DNA from: a virus | Virus record (IMG/VR): IMGVR_UViG_3300032323_001800 | Location: 96,001 to 160,000 of that record | Length of the DNA stretch: 64,000 bases | Direction: 5' to 3' (one strand) | Shown here: one piece after another, positions 38,601 through 47,116 of the stretch | Layout of the letters: the number at the start of each line of letters is the position of its first letter | Numbering within the stretch: position 1 is the first letter of the stretch | The notes under the pieces: generated by a model | Told to the model about the DNA's origin: nothing | The model's database searches: none | Seen by the model: the letters and a program-made list of their open reading frames with translations, nothing else | Program-made: the position numbers and the translations under genes

Positions 38601-41600
38601 TTGCTAGGGCACTAGTTATTGGATCGCAAGTAACGGGTGTGACTATTATTAGACCCGGTTCAGGATATAGCGCAGGCCCTCATATTTCTTTAGTAGATGC
38701 TAATAATACAGAAAATGCTAGATTTATAGTAAGAGTCGGCGACGGAGTACTAGATCAGCCTAGATTTACACGAAGAGGTGAAGGATACGTTACAGCCGAT
38801 GCGTTAGTTGACGGTGACGGATATGCTGACGTGGCACAGGTTGGAGGATTTGTATATATTGATAATCTAACCAACGTTCCAACTCCTGGTGCAAATATTC
38901 AGTTCGACAACAACGAGAAATTCTACAAGTTGGTAACCATTCGAGAAGTGACTGGCCCTGCTGGGGTAGTAGGAGCTAGACAGATTCTTTTAGAAAACAA
39001 AGAGTTTATCCAGTACGAAATTATCAGTTACCTAAATAATTTTACATATGATTCTATAAAATGTAGTAGAGACGTTGGCTATATTATAGATGCGCTGGCC
39101 GACGACTATACTTACGGATCAAACGCTAGAATCTTACAGGTAGTGTCAAAATACAATCGAGGCACTTATGAAGAATTTGAAACTCAAAGAATTCAAACAG
39201 CATTTGCTATTCAGCATTTAAAGTCTGAAATCGATTCGTTATTAAATGATTCAACTTACAGTCTAGGTGCGTCTGCAGGATTAAATCCATTGATTGAATG
39301 GATTAAAAATGAAGAAAGATTTGAAAATCTTCCAGCGATTCAAATACCTAATGGAAATTTTGATGTAGAAGACGACCGAGCAAAAAATGTTATCCTAGCC
39401 AACGAAGCGTTTATTGTAGATCAAGCTGTGAATTATTTGCTCAACAATGACTATATGGACGGCTTTGATGAAACTGTCGTTGGAGACGAGGTTAGACAGA
39501 TTGTAAGAGCAACAGCATGGGATCTAGCGTTTGAAGGAAACGGCCAATCGATAGAATGGGCAAGCTCTATTTACATTGACAGTACTTTGACTATCCCGGG
39601 TTCTACAGACAGTGCTGCAGATAAAGCAGACTTTTTATTATTGCTAACTTATCTTTCAACAATGATTGGTTCTGTAGCTAGAAATCAAATCCCAACAATC
39701 GAAGTTGGAGTAACTGAACTTCAAGTCACTACATTACCGCCAGGAAATACTGATTCAGCAACTAGAATCGGTAACTTAATAGGCGACGTAATGTACGATA
39801 TTGTTGATCTAAGCCCGGCTACTGCGATACCTGCATCAGTGACTCCGTTAGGATCATCATTTAGTGGCTTTGGTACAAGTGTTAGAACCAGTCTGTTAAA
39901 TGATAAAGCAGCTCTGCGTAGTTCGGTTATCAGTTGGATTGATGACAATTTTGTGAATTTTACCTACGATCAAGATGTCTGCTTTAGAGATACCGGATTA
40001 ATTATCCAAGCCGTTGCTGATGACATTTACGGCGATGTTGCTAAGTCAATTGAAGCCGGTCAACGATATTATGCTGCAACCGCTGCTTTGGTATTAAGCG
40101 AACAGAAGCCGCAAACTATTGCTGCTATAAGACAAATAAATTTTATAGCTCAAAAAGTTATTAGAAATGAAACATACGTTAGAACACAGACTAATGCTCT
40201 GCAGTCAAGATTCCCAAGTATTACTACAGGAGCAGAAGCTGGTCCGCAAATCGAAGAATCAACTTTTATTATTAGCCGAATCTTAGAAAACGGCGGATCA
40301 TTTAATGCTATCAAGCAATTAATGTTGGATAATAAAGTATTCATACAGTCAGAAATTGTTGCTTATGTTTCAGCATCTTACGAAAATCTAAATTATAGTG
40401 TAGATTTATGTTTTAGAGACGTTGGTTTAATTGTCGATGCTATTGCTTATGATATTTTTGGTGGATTCTCAAGAAGTAGAGAAGCAGGATTAAGATACTA
40501 TCAAAGCGATAGTGCGATTGCTTCTATTACAGGTGATCAAGCAGAACCAACTAGGGACGCATTAGAATATCTTGGAACTGTTATTAATTCAGTGTTGCTA
40601 GATCAAGACCCCGAAATTAGATTCCAACAAGCTGTTGAAAGATCAAGAGACTCGACTATTATATTTGATGTTGAGGACTTACAAGTAACTGTAAAAGTTA
40701 CTGACTGCATAGATGAAATTTTAAACATCATAGATAACGGTCCGGGAGCGTTACCAGAAGGTCGATACTCAGCTAGGTTCCAAATTAGTCCTCCGTTGAG
40801 CATTCTAGAAGCCCCACTACACAATTCTAACGTTGTTGTAAGAAGCAGATATTCGCAGGTTCGACTAACTGGACATGACTTTTTAAATATTGGTACTGGT
40901 AATAAAAATGATACCAACTATCCAGGAATTCCTCTAAACGAGCCGAATTCTGTAAGAGAAGTTGTTGAACAGGGCGGCGGCCGTGTATTCTATACATCAA
41001 CAGACCAAGACGGTAACTTCCGAGTTGGTGACTTGTTCCGAGTTGAGCAATCAACTGGTATTGCTACGTTGAACGCTGATGCGTTTAACTTAAGCGGTTT
41101 GAATGAGTTGTCATTGGGAGGGGTTAGCTTAGGAGGATCAGGCGCTGTTATTAATGAATTCTCAACAGACTCGACATTCTTTGCTAATGCTGATAATATT
41201 GTTCCAACACAAAAAGCTATTAAAACTTATATTCAGTCAGCACTAGGTTCAGGTGGTGGTAATATTGCGGTTAACGCGGTAACAGCAGGTGATACGTTTA
41301 TTACTGCTAACGAAATTGACACCATTGGCGGACTACAATTAAGATTGTTATCATCGTTAGGTGTATTCATAGCTTCTAGCGAATTTTCAACTAATACAAC
41401 TACTGGTGCGTTAATTGTAGGTGGCGGCGTTGGTATAGCAGGAAACTTAAATGTAGGTGGCACAGCAGCATTTGATGGTAATTTAACTGTTAATAGCAGC
41501 GGATTTGTAAAAATAGCCACAGGTAATACCTCCCAACGAGTTGTTTCGACCGCGGGCGCATTTAGATTTAATACAGATACTGCTAGATTTGAGGGATATA

Positions 41601-41923
41601 ATGGAACTCAATGGGCTGATGTGGGAGGAGCTAATCCGTATCTTGATAGGGCTGCTCCGTACGCGGCAGTTGCTGGGGATCGATTGTTTGTAAATACAAG
41701 CTCTGGATCAGTTACAGTCACACTACCAGCAAATCCAGCAATTGGGGACACTGTTAAGTTTATTGACGGCTCTGGAACGTTTGATATTAACGCTCTGGTA
41801 ATTAATAGAAACGGCAAAGTTATTATGGGCGACGCAGATAATATGACAGTAAATACAAAGAACGCAGCATTTACTCTTGTATTTTATAACAATACATACG
41901 GATGGAGGCTAGGAGAAGCATAA
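32654..41923 (+). CDS. Giant modular tail-fibre-like protein (3089 aa)
   Basis: N-terminal CBM5/12-like repeats, beta-helix, GGxGY repeats, helical C-x-R-D repeats, and a C-terminal T4 gp34-like module (TVTLPANPAIGDTV...INRNG). TAAATA at 32609-32614. Confidence 0.8.
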   Translation: MAEFKLGRLRFVWKGSWVTGTTYVKDDIVKYGGTTYVCVSGHNANVNFDVDLTSSRWEKQTGGQEWKTAPWTISTIYKEGDLVKYGGRVYICTDNHTASATVAGGFYLDETANRWDLFSDGSEWVGNWQVSEYYRIGDIVKYNGISYICVAPHTSAATITLGLEADYADDSTTKWEKYVEGFKYRGEWNGSSDPLSRTSTRYIVNDVVKFGASLYICVEAHTSNATAFEELKWDLFVAGLEYEDTWSALTEYQTGDIVSYGGYAYVAVRRNTSQIPPTATSDWDLLTTGFNNRARYVSSQSYKVGDLVQYGGNVFVASVEITSNETPYSANAKWSKIIDGFRWNNDWDSAFAETKYKIGDVVKYASSTYICIDEHIPADETVITITNTTTGTNHITTSDNTSTLNPGQPVSFSGTAFGGINATIEYYVKTVVNGTTFTISEIKSGPTKVLSTASGSLAMSYSNRPDTDNGDFWNSLAEGDANNVLTRRGDLVTRNAIQNVKLAKGAEGTVLKAGARDLQWGKVGDLTRIFYVSIDGQDGVGRGTTWDDPWRTVKYACEFVQAQGFNTRDTPVTINIKAGVYQEIFPISIPKYTSLVGDELRMSIIEPTAATSGNDKFYMRDSTTVRNFTFRGATGANLPDGTTDTFTEPNQYLTRRPTGGPWCSLDPGTGPNDESVWVGERSPYIQNVTTFGDYAVGQKIDGALHNGGNKSITSNDFTQVMSDSIGAWCTNQGRAELVSVFTYYGYIGYLCENGGVIRATNGNCSYGSFGAVSEGVDPTEISRTATVDNRRLNATVDRVQTDGNQILYVEYSNAGEEYTTATYGFTGTGIFDSVTSIPDIVDGGVCEVRIVDDGNDYLSVQGNAQAGTNIDIRLAAADTTITNGYIGERIILIDGQGVGQYGYITSFDGGSKLATVARDTFDTLTITNTTSSTNVVTVADTTSLFADMPFTVTGTAFGGLDVGIQYYVKAVVNSATFTVYTNTSTKAAITLSTSSGLLTLHQSGWDVFIKDISASIQTISKANPVVVTTTVAHELSTGMLVSISGVTGMTEVNGNSYYITKTGPTTFALYTNFSRTSTLDGTGFTTYVSGGTAVGEQAIWEFLNTTTRYVIEPRIVFSTGQGASATAVQTPGINEIAVSTGGGGFTVPPTVIISGDGTPTGGTGATATAAISGEIESIVVSNVGSGYTSAPTLRFVGGGLANNSTNHAEATVSITNTIKTVEVTDGGLGYTSPPSVLVTGTGGSGAILSAQISQVVGSINIGGGGGSNYTSPPTVTITGGEPLIFAEARAVLSASVTTITMQEGGSGYNPSTTSVTLFSTAGFGAAAEAIIDNGLWVDGVTPGIVTGINVTASGSGYSVPPIVIINGVGSDAAATANISGSVASIEVINPGRGYQSVPNVAISGGNGAGATGTASLTGAVFSLTVIDGGRGWIGTPSIAFSGGGGVNAAANVTAMDSVLGTVVITDPGSGYTSNPAVSLVGGGGTGGILRTRINGIISTITVTDSGGSYSSSPQITFVGGNKFKSSFAGLRYFANSSGRVAIGITQSLQTLAAIEQIRITSRAVIANTAPATVYQTAVARVTAGGGFVTPTGIQAAVDIWVRSVYYTIENGENHTDPASLLRLNREFIRKELMEFWDANYPTIATSVWSRDVGLIVDAIASDISTRGVENSLNAAISQAFLGTARTNGGNLAAAQAGIDYIIELADDIIQNSIIQPSGSTLLTVIPVTATQITTNQITVGDTSTLSENQPILFLGTVFGGLVANTRYYVKTIVNSTTIIVSSTIGGNAVTLTTASGTCSLSQQVTDEELLLSDGADVAVANCLGLIRFIVSTAANGVANASTWTTAANLLLSNKDFIRAEVITFINATYIDFDYNQVLCARDVGLIIDAVTYDLVKAVSNIPVVTSTTTGVISSITVNNGGLGYSYGMTVSVAVGSSTVRATAVPIIDEITGAITSFRMTNKGKGYTTVPSVTLTPDTGTGAFARALVIGSQVTGVTIIRPGSGYSAGPHISLVDANNTENARFIVRVGDGVLDQPRFTRRGEGYVTADALVDGDGYADVAQVGGFVYIDNLTNVPTPGANIQFDNNEKFYKLVTIREVTGPAGVVGARQILLENKEFIQYEIISYLNNFTYDSIKCSRDVGYIIDALADDYTYGSNARILQVVSKYNRGTYEEFETQRIQTAFAIQHLKSEIDSLLNDSTYSLGASAGLNPLIEWIKNEERFENLPAIQIPNGNFDVEDDRAKNVILANEAFIVDQAVNYLLNNDYMDGFDETVVGDEVRQIVRATAWDLAFEGNGQSIEWASSIYIDSTLTIPGSTDSAADKADFLLLLTYLSTMIGSVARNQIPTIEVGVTELQVTTLPPGNTDSATRIGNLIGDVMYDIVDLSPATAIPASVTPLGSSFSGFGTSVRTSLLNDKAALRSSVISWIDDNFVNFTYDQDVCFRDTGLIIQAVADDIYGDVAKSIEAGQRYYAATAALVLSEQKPQTIAAIRQINFIAQKVIRNETYVRTQTNALQSRFPSITTGAEAGPQIEESTFIISRILENGGSFNAIKQLMLDNKVFIQSEIVAYVSASYENLNYSVDLCFRDVGLIVDAIAYDIFGGFSRSREAGLRYYQSDSAIASITGDQAEPTRDALEYLGTVINSVLLDQDPEIRFQQAVERSRDSTIIFDVEDLQVTVKVTDCIDEILNIIDNGPGALPEGRYSARFQISPPLSILEAPLHNSNVVVRSRYSQVRLTGHDFLNIGTGNKNDTNYPGIPLNEPNSVREVVEQGGGRVFYTSTDQDGNFRVGDLFRVEQSTGIATLNADAFNLSGLNELSLGGVSLGGSGAVINEFSTDSTFFANADNIVPTQKAIKTYIQSALGSGGGNIAVNAVTAGDTFITANEIDTIGGLQLRLLSSLGVFIASSEFSTNTTTGALIVGGGVGIAGNLNVGGTAAFDGNLTVNSSGFVKIATGNTSQRVVSTAGAFRFNTDTARFEGYNGTQWADVGGANPYLDRAAPYAAVAGDRLFVNTSSGSVTVTLPANPAIGDTVKFIDGSGTFDINALVINRNGKVIMGDADNMTVNTKNAAFTLVFYNNTYGWRLGEA

Positions 41924-43521
41924 TGGGTGATTATTCGAAATACAAATATGTTAATACCACGTTTGGTGGTACAGGCGGAGTAGTAGTTCCTAACGGAACT
42001 ACCGCCGAACGAGATACTGGAGTTGTCGTAGGCACAATACGATACAACACAGATTTAGGTCTTATAGAGCAATATAATGCTATTGGTTGGCAGTCTGTAG
42101 ATGCTCCTCCTACTATATCAAACATCACTGGACTAATTAACGAAAATACTGGTAGTACAATCACTGTCAGTGGCGCTAATTTTAAAACTGGAGCTATAAT
42201 TGCCATAGAAGGAGCTGCGGTTAGCGGAATATCAAGACCGTTATCAACAACTTTTGTTAGTACCACCACCTTAACTGCACCTACTAATGCTGCCGCAGTT
42301 AATTTTATAGGAGGTGCAAGCTTTGATGTTAAAGTTACTAATCCGTCAGGATTATCAACTTCATTATCCCCAGCAGGAAATATTGATAGAGATCCAATAT
42401 GGACGACTGCTGCAGGAACTTATACGGTATTTGACGGTTCAAGGGCAACACCTTTAACTTTCGCTGCAAATGACCCCGATGGTGGCACTGTTACATTTTC
42501 TTTATTTTCTGGATCTTTGCCATCGGGCGCAACTTTAAATACCTCGACCGGGGTTATTTCGGGATTTAACGCAGTAGTATCAGATACATCTTCAGCTTTT
42601 ACACTAAGAGCGACATCATCAGTGGGCAGTCAAACAGCTGATAGAACATTTACAATATTAGTTAGAGCTCCGATAGTACAACAATTTACTGCGACTGGTG
42701 CTACAACATTCTCAGTTCCGGTAGGAGTTACTAACTTAGATGTGTTAGTAGTTGCTGGAGGCGGAACCGGCGGATGCCAACACGGTGGTGGCGGTGGTGC
42801 AGGCGGTTTAATTTTCCGTCCAGCATTACCGGTAACTCCGGGAAGTACAATACCAGTAACAGTAGGCGCAGGCGGCACAGGCATGCCAGGTGGTCCTAGT
42901 TTAGGTTATTGGAGTCCGGCAGGAACTGGACAAGATTCAGTCTTCGGTTCTTTAACAGCCAAAGGAGGCGGTATCGGTCCTAGTCACCAATCTGTTGCTT
43001 CTGGATTACCGGGACAGCCAGGTGGCTGTGGTGGTGGTGGAAACTCAGAGCCAGGGGGAAATCCCCCTGGAGGTACTGGAACACAGCCATCACAACCAGG
43101 AGAGTCCGGCACATTTGGTTTTGGATTTCCTGGAGGCAACGGGCTAAACGGTCCAGGACACGGTAACTGGGTAGGTGGTGGCGGTGGTGGTGCTGGTGCT
43201 GCCGGCCAAGGAGCACCCGGCCCGCATGGTGGTAACGGGGGTGTAGGACGAGCTTACAGCATTTCTGGATCATCAGTGTTTTACGGTGGTGGCGGTGGCG
43301 GCGCACAGCATGGTGGCGCCGTATCGGGATCACAAGCTCTTGGCGGCAACGGTGGCGGCGGTGAGGGCAATCGAACAGGACATAACAGCACCAATAACTT
43401 TCCTGGACCTCGCGGCGCAGGTGGAGTAGCGAATAGAGGAGGCGGCGCAGGCGGTTCTGCTTCGGGCGGAGTAACAATTACACAGCCCGGGGGCAGCGGA
43501 ATCGTAATAGTTAGATACTAA
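41923..43521 (+). CDS. Putative fibre-tip adhesin: IPT/TIG + Ig-like + glycine-rich domain
   Basis: TAATG overlap and AGGAG SD give the start at 41923. PPTISNI...ITVSGANF (IPT-like); FSLFSGSLPSGATLNTSTGVISG (putative Ig); Gly-rich C-terminal domain ending GSGIVIVRY. Confidence 0.75.
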   Translation: MGDYSKYKYVNTTFGGTGGVVVPNGTTAERDTGVVVGTIRYNTDLGLIEQYNAIGWQSVDAPPTISNITGLINENTGSTITVSGANFKTGAIIAIEGAAVSGISRPLSTTFVSTTTLTAPTNAAAVNFIGGASFDVKVTNPSGLSTSLSPAGNIDRDPIWTTAAGTYTVFDGSRATPLTFAANDPDGGTVTFSLFSGSLPSGATLNTSTGVISGFNAVVSDTSSAFTLRATSSVGSQTADRTFTILVRAPIVQQFTATGATTFSVPVGVTNLDVLVVAGGGTGGCQHGGGGGAGGLIFRPALPVTPGSTIPVTVGAGGTGMPGGPSLGYWSPAGTGQDSVFGSLTAKGGGIGPSHQSVASGLPGQPGGCGGGGNSEPGGNPPGGTGTQPSQPGESGTFGFGFPGGNGLNGPGHGNWVGGGGGGAGAAGQGAPGPHGGNGGVGRAYSISGSSVFYGGGGGGAQHGGAVSGSQALGGNGGGGEGNRTGHNSTNNFPGPRGAGGVANRGGGAGGSASGGVTITQPGGSGIVIVRY

Positions 43522-43539
43522 TACCTGTTATATACTCAG

Positions 43540-43559
43540 AACCAGCCCCCGGGCTGGTT
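43540..43559 (+). terminator. Hairpin between the adhesin gene and the modification operon
   Basis: AACCAGCC-CCCG-GGCTGGTT with a short U-rich tail. Confidence 0.55.
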
Positions 43560-43579
43560 TCTTATGATTAAATATTCAT

Positions 43580-45046
43580 ATGAAAAATGTAAAATCTATT
43601 ATTATTTTGGGTGGCGGAACTGCTGGATATGTAACCGCACTTATACTAAAACAAAAATTTGGGGTCAATATCGATATAACGATAATTTATTCAAGTAAAA
43701 TTGGAATTATTGGAGTCGGTGAAGGATCTACTGAACACTGGGCAGATTTTTTAAAATTTGTAGAAATTGATCACGCAGATGTAATAAAAAATTGTGATGC
43801 TACGATCAAATGCGGAATAATGTTTAAAGATTGGGGAGATCAAGATTATCTACACAATGTTTCCCCACCGTACGATCAATCATGGGGACAAACCAGAATA
43901 GGTTATTTAAAATTAATTGCCGAAGGAGCCAAGCCATTTGACATAGTCCAAAAAGAAATGTTAGAAAATAAAGTTCCAAAAAGACATGCTATCGAAAGAA
44001 CCTCTCCAGTTAATCAGTATCATTTTAATACATTTAAACTTAACGAGTTTCTAACAAACAAAGCCAAAGAACGAGATATTACAGTAATCGATGACGACAT
44101 ATTAGATTCAACTTTAAATGAGCAAGGAGAAATCGATTGTTTAATCGGTGAAAAAGCCAAATATCATGCTGACTTTTTCATCGACAGCACTGGATTTAAA
44201 AAGCTGTTAATTTCTAAATTAGGGGCTAAATGGCAATCATATAAAGAATTTTTAAAACCAAAAGCAGCAATGGTGTTCCCCACAGGTGACACAGAAAATT
44301 ACAACTGCTACACTACTGCGACTGCTATGAAATACGGATGGAGATTTAATATTCCAGTGTTTGGTCGTCATGGCAACGGATACATTTATGATAGTGATTA
44401 CGTTACAGCAGATCAAGCACATCAAGAGCTAGAAAGAGATTTTGGTAGAAAAATTGATATCGCCAAACACATCACTTTTGATCCTGGGGCATTAGATCGT
44501 CCTTGGATCAAAAACTGTATGGCTGTAGGTCTTGCTGCTAATTTTATAGAACCTCTCGAGGCTAGCTCGATAGGATCATCTATACAGCAGGCCTATTTAC
44601 TGATGCACAATTTACCTAACTACAATGACAAAACTATAGAGTTTGTTAATAGACAAATTAATTCTATTACAGATAACATACGTGACTTTGTTGCCCTACA
44701 TTATATGACAACTAGGTCCGATACTGATTTTTGGAAAGATTTAAAATCCATGCCAGTTCCTGAGTCACTGTCTAACAAATTAGAACTATGGAAAACTCGA
44801 CTGCCTATCGAAGATGACTTTACCGATAGTTCGAACTATATCATGTTCTACGAAAGAAATTTTATAATGGTAATGCATGGACTGGGGTTAATTGATCAAG
44901 AAGCAATACGCAAGGAATATGCTTCATTAAATAATTATCATAAAGATGCTATAACTAAGCTTCTGGAACAAGAAAAAATAAGATATAAAAACGAAAGTTT
45001 TTTAACACATAAACAATATTTAGAATTAATTAGAGCAACCAGATAA
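43580..45046 (+). CDS. Flavin-dependent halogenase, tryptophan halogenase (PrnA) family
   Basis: GGGTAG FAD motif, IGVGEGS, catalytic-Lys region ATIKCGIMF, FIDSTGF, WRFNIP, FIEPLEAS. Confidence 0.85.
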   Translation: MKNVKSIIILGGGTAGYVTALILKQKFGVNIDITIIYSSKIGIIGVGEGSTEHWADFLKFVEIDHADVIKNCDATIKCGIMFKDWGDQDYLHNVSPPYDQSWGQTRIGYLKLIAEGAKPFDIVQKEMLENKVPKRHAIERTSPVNQYHFNTFKLNEFLTNKAKERDITVIDDDILDSTLNEQGEIDCLIGEKAKYHADFFIDSTGFKKLLISKLGAKWQSYKEFLKPKAAMVFPTGDTENYNCYTTATAMKYGWRFNIPVFGRHGNGYIYDSDYVTADQAHQELERDFGRKIDIAKHITFDPGALDRPWIKNCMAVGLAANFIEPLEASSIGSSIQQAYLLMHNLPNYNDKTIEFVNRQINSITDNIRDFVALHYMTTRSDTDFWKDLKSMPVPESLSNKLELWKTRLPIEDDFTDSSNYIMFYERNFIMVMHGLGLIDQEAIRKEYASLNNYHKDAITKLLEQEKIRYKNESFLTHKQYLELIRATR

Positions 45047-45056
45047 GGAGAAAGTA

Positions 45057-45443
45057 ATGAGTGGTTTAGCAAAATCAAGTGTAACAGGTGAAGATATAAC
45101 TCCCGGATACGATTATGGATCTATATCTGATAGGGATAAACAATTGCTTGGTGAGATCATTAATATTTTAAAAAATAGAAAAGATGTGCCGACCGATTTA
45201 GTAGCAGAAGAAATTAAAGGCATTTTTGGAATGGAGGATATTCCAATGATGAATGTCGAAGAAACTTTGTGGTATCAATTAACTAAAGATGAACCATTAG
45301 GTCAAAATATACAAGGTTTTAGAATCTCTCTCGACGAACAAAAAAATAAAATTAAAGTTCCATTTATTGCTTTTCAAGCAGACTTAGATTTTTTAGACGG
45401 ATTTATTAATCGCTTGGTTCAAAAAGTTAATAATTTAAAATAA
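45057..45443 (+). CDS. Hypothetical protein in the modification operon
   Basis: 128-aa ORF with AAGGAG SD. Confidence 0.65.
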   Translation: MSGLAKSSVTGEDITPGYDYGSISDRDKQLLGEIINILKNRKDVPTDLVAEEIKGIFGMEDIPMMNVEETLWYQLTKDEPLGQNIQGFRISLDEQKNKIKVPFIAFQADLDFLDGFINRLVQKVNNLK

Positions 45444-45445
45444 GC

Positions 45446-47116
45446 ATGAGAATATTAAGCATATCGCCTTTTCACGATAGCAGTGTAGTTATTGTCAATG
45501 ATGGAAAAATTGAATATTTCTGTAAAGAAGAAAGACTCACTAGACATAAAAGAGACCATCTTCCGATTAAATCTTTAACGGAAGCATTTAGAATTGCTAA
45601 AGGTCAGATTGACCTAGTGGTAATTTGTTCTCCTACAGGTGATGACGAGCATAACAGATATTTAGAACATATCATTAAAAAATATACAGACGCTAAAGTT
45701 ATTAGGTTCTGTGAGCACCATCATTTGGCACATGCTAGTCTTGCGTTCTATGACAGCGGATTTGATAAAGCATTGGTAGTTGTTGTTGATCGATCAGGTG
45801 CAAAGTTTAATGATAACATACGAGAGGGCGAAAGTGTTTTCATCGCCGAGTACCCAAATAAATTTACTCCGGTATATAAATCATACTGGGCATGCAATAT
45901 CGGTGCTGATTATGATTTTGATAATTTTGAACTTATTTCAGAAATAACAAAAGTATGGCCACAGTGTGAAGCACAGTGTAGTGGCACACTAAACGTTGCC
46001 AAAGTTTATGAATCAGCAACAACCTTAATTGGACAACACCCTTTAGAAAACGGAAAGACTATGGGTCTCGCTGCCTACGGTATAGACAGACCATTTAAAT
46101 CATTATTTGATGCCGATAATAATCCTGTAAGTTCGTTGTTTTCCCATTACAAAGATTTTGACTATGCTTATCCTTGTTTTTTAAAAGAGCATTTAAATAA
46201 AAATTTACCCAAAGGTAAAATTGTGCCTCAAGATGATTATCAATTTTATGCTGATTATGCATATCAGGTTCAAAAACAAACTCAGGAATCTTTATTAAAG
46301 CTGATAAAAAGAAAAATAGAAGAAACTGGAATCGACAAAGTGTGTATTACTGGAGGCTACGGATTAAACGTAGTTGCTAACGAATATTTTGTTAGAAGTT
46401 TGCCCGACGTTAAATTTTTCTTCGAACCTATATCAGACGATACTGGAAATAGTATTGGATCAGCACTTTATATCTATAGAAACGAAACTCGAGATAAAAC
46501 TATTAGAAAACTTGATAACTTATTTTTTAATCACATACCGCATAGCTATGAGATCGAAGGAATTGAAGCTAGCGAAACTGATTTAGCAACCTTACTGTCG
46601 CAAGGTAAAATCGTAGCAGTATATAATAGTCAAGCTGAAGCGGGTCCCCGCGCTTTGGGAAATAGATCTATCTTATTCGATCCAAGAAATGCACAGTCTA
46701 AAAAGATAATTAACAAAGTTAAGAATCGTGAATGGTACAGGCCGTTTGCTGGCTCGGTTCTTAAAGATGATGTTCAAGAATATTTTGAAACACATGGCTT
46801 AACCGAATCTCCATTTATGACTGTGTCATTTCAAGTTAAAGAAGATAAGAAAAATATCATACCTGGTGTTGTTCATGTTGATGGATCATGCAGAATACAG
46901 ACTGTTGATGAATCGATTTCTCATTTTTATAATGTATTAACTGAGTTTAAAAAGATTACTGGGGTATCGGTATTATTAAATACCAGTTTTAATTTAGCCG
47001 GAGAGGCGTTAGTTGAAACACCGGACGATGCAATTAAAACATTTAACAACAGTAGCATCGATGTATTGTGGTTTCCAGAAAAGAAAAAAATTCTAGTGAA
47101 GGATAAAGAGAAATGA
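45446..47116 (+). CDS. O-carbamoyltransferase, NodU/CmcH/TobZ family
   Basis: HDSSV, KEERLTR, HHLAHA, GKTMGLAAYG, GGYGLNVVAN, EAGPRALGNRSIL, REWYRPFA, LLNTSFN. Confidence 0.92.
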   Translation: MRILSISPFHDSSVVIVNDGKIEYFCKEERLTRHKRDHLPIKSLTEAFRIAKGQIDLVVICSPTGDDEHNRYLEHIIKKYTDAKVIRFCEHHHLAHASLAFYDSGFDKALVVVVDRSGAKFNDNIREGESVFIAEYPNKFTPVYKSYWACNIGADYDFDNFELISEITKVWPQCEAQCSGTLNVAKVYESATTLIGQHPLENGKTMGLAAYGIDRPFKSLFDADNNPVSSLFSHYKDFDYAYPCFLKEHLNKNLPKGKIVPQDDYQFYADYAYQVQKQTQESLLKLIKRKIEETGIDKVCITGGYGLNVVANEYFVRSLPDVKFFFEPISDDTGNSIGSALYIYRNETRDKTIRKLDNLFFNHIPHSYEIEGIEASETDLATLLSQGKIVAVYNSQAEAGPRALGNRSILFDPRNAQSKKIINKVKNREWYRPFAGSVLKDDVQEYFETHGLTESPFMTVSFQVKEDKKNIIPGVVHVDGSCRIQTVDESISHFYNVLTEFKKITGVSVLLNTSFNLAGEALVETPDDAIKTFNNSSIDVLWFPEKKKILVKDKEK

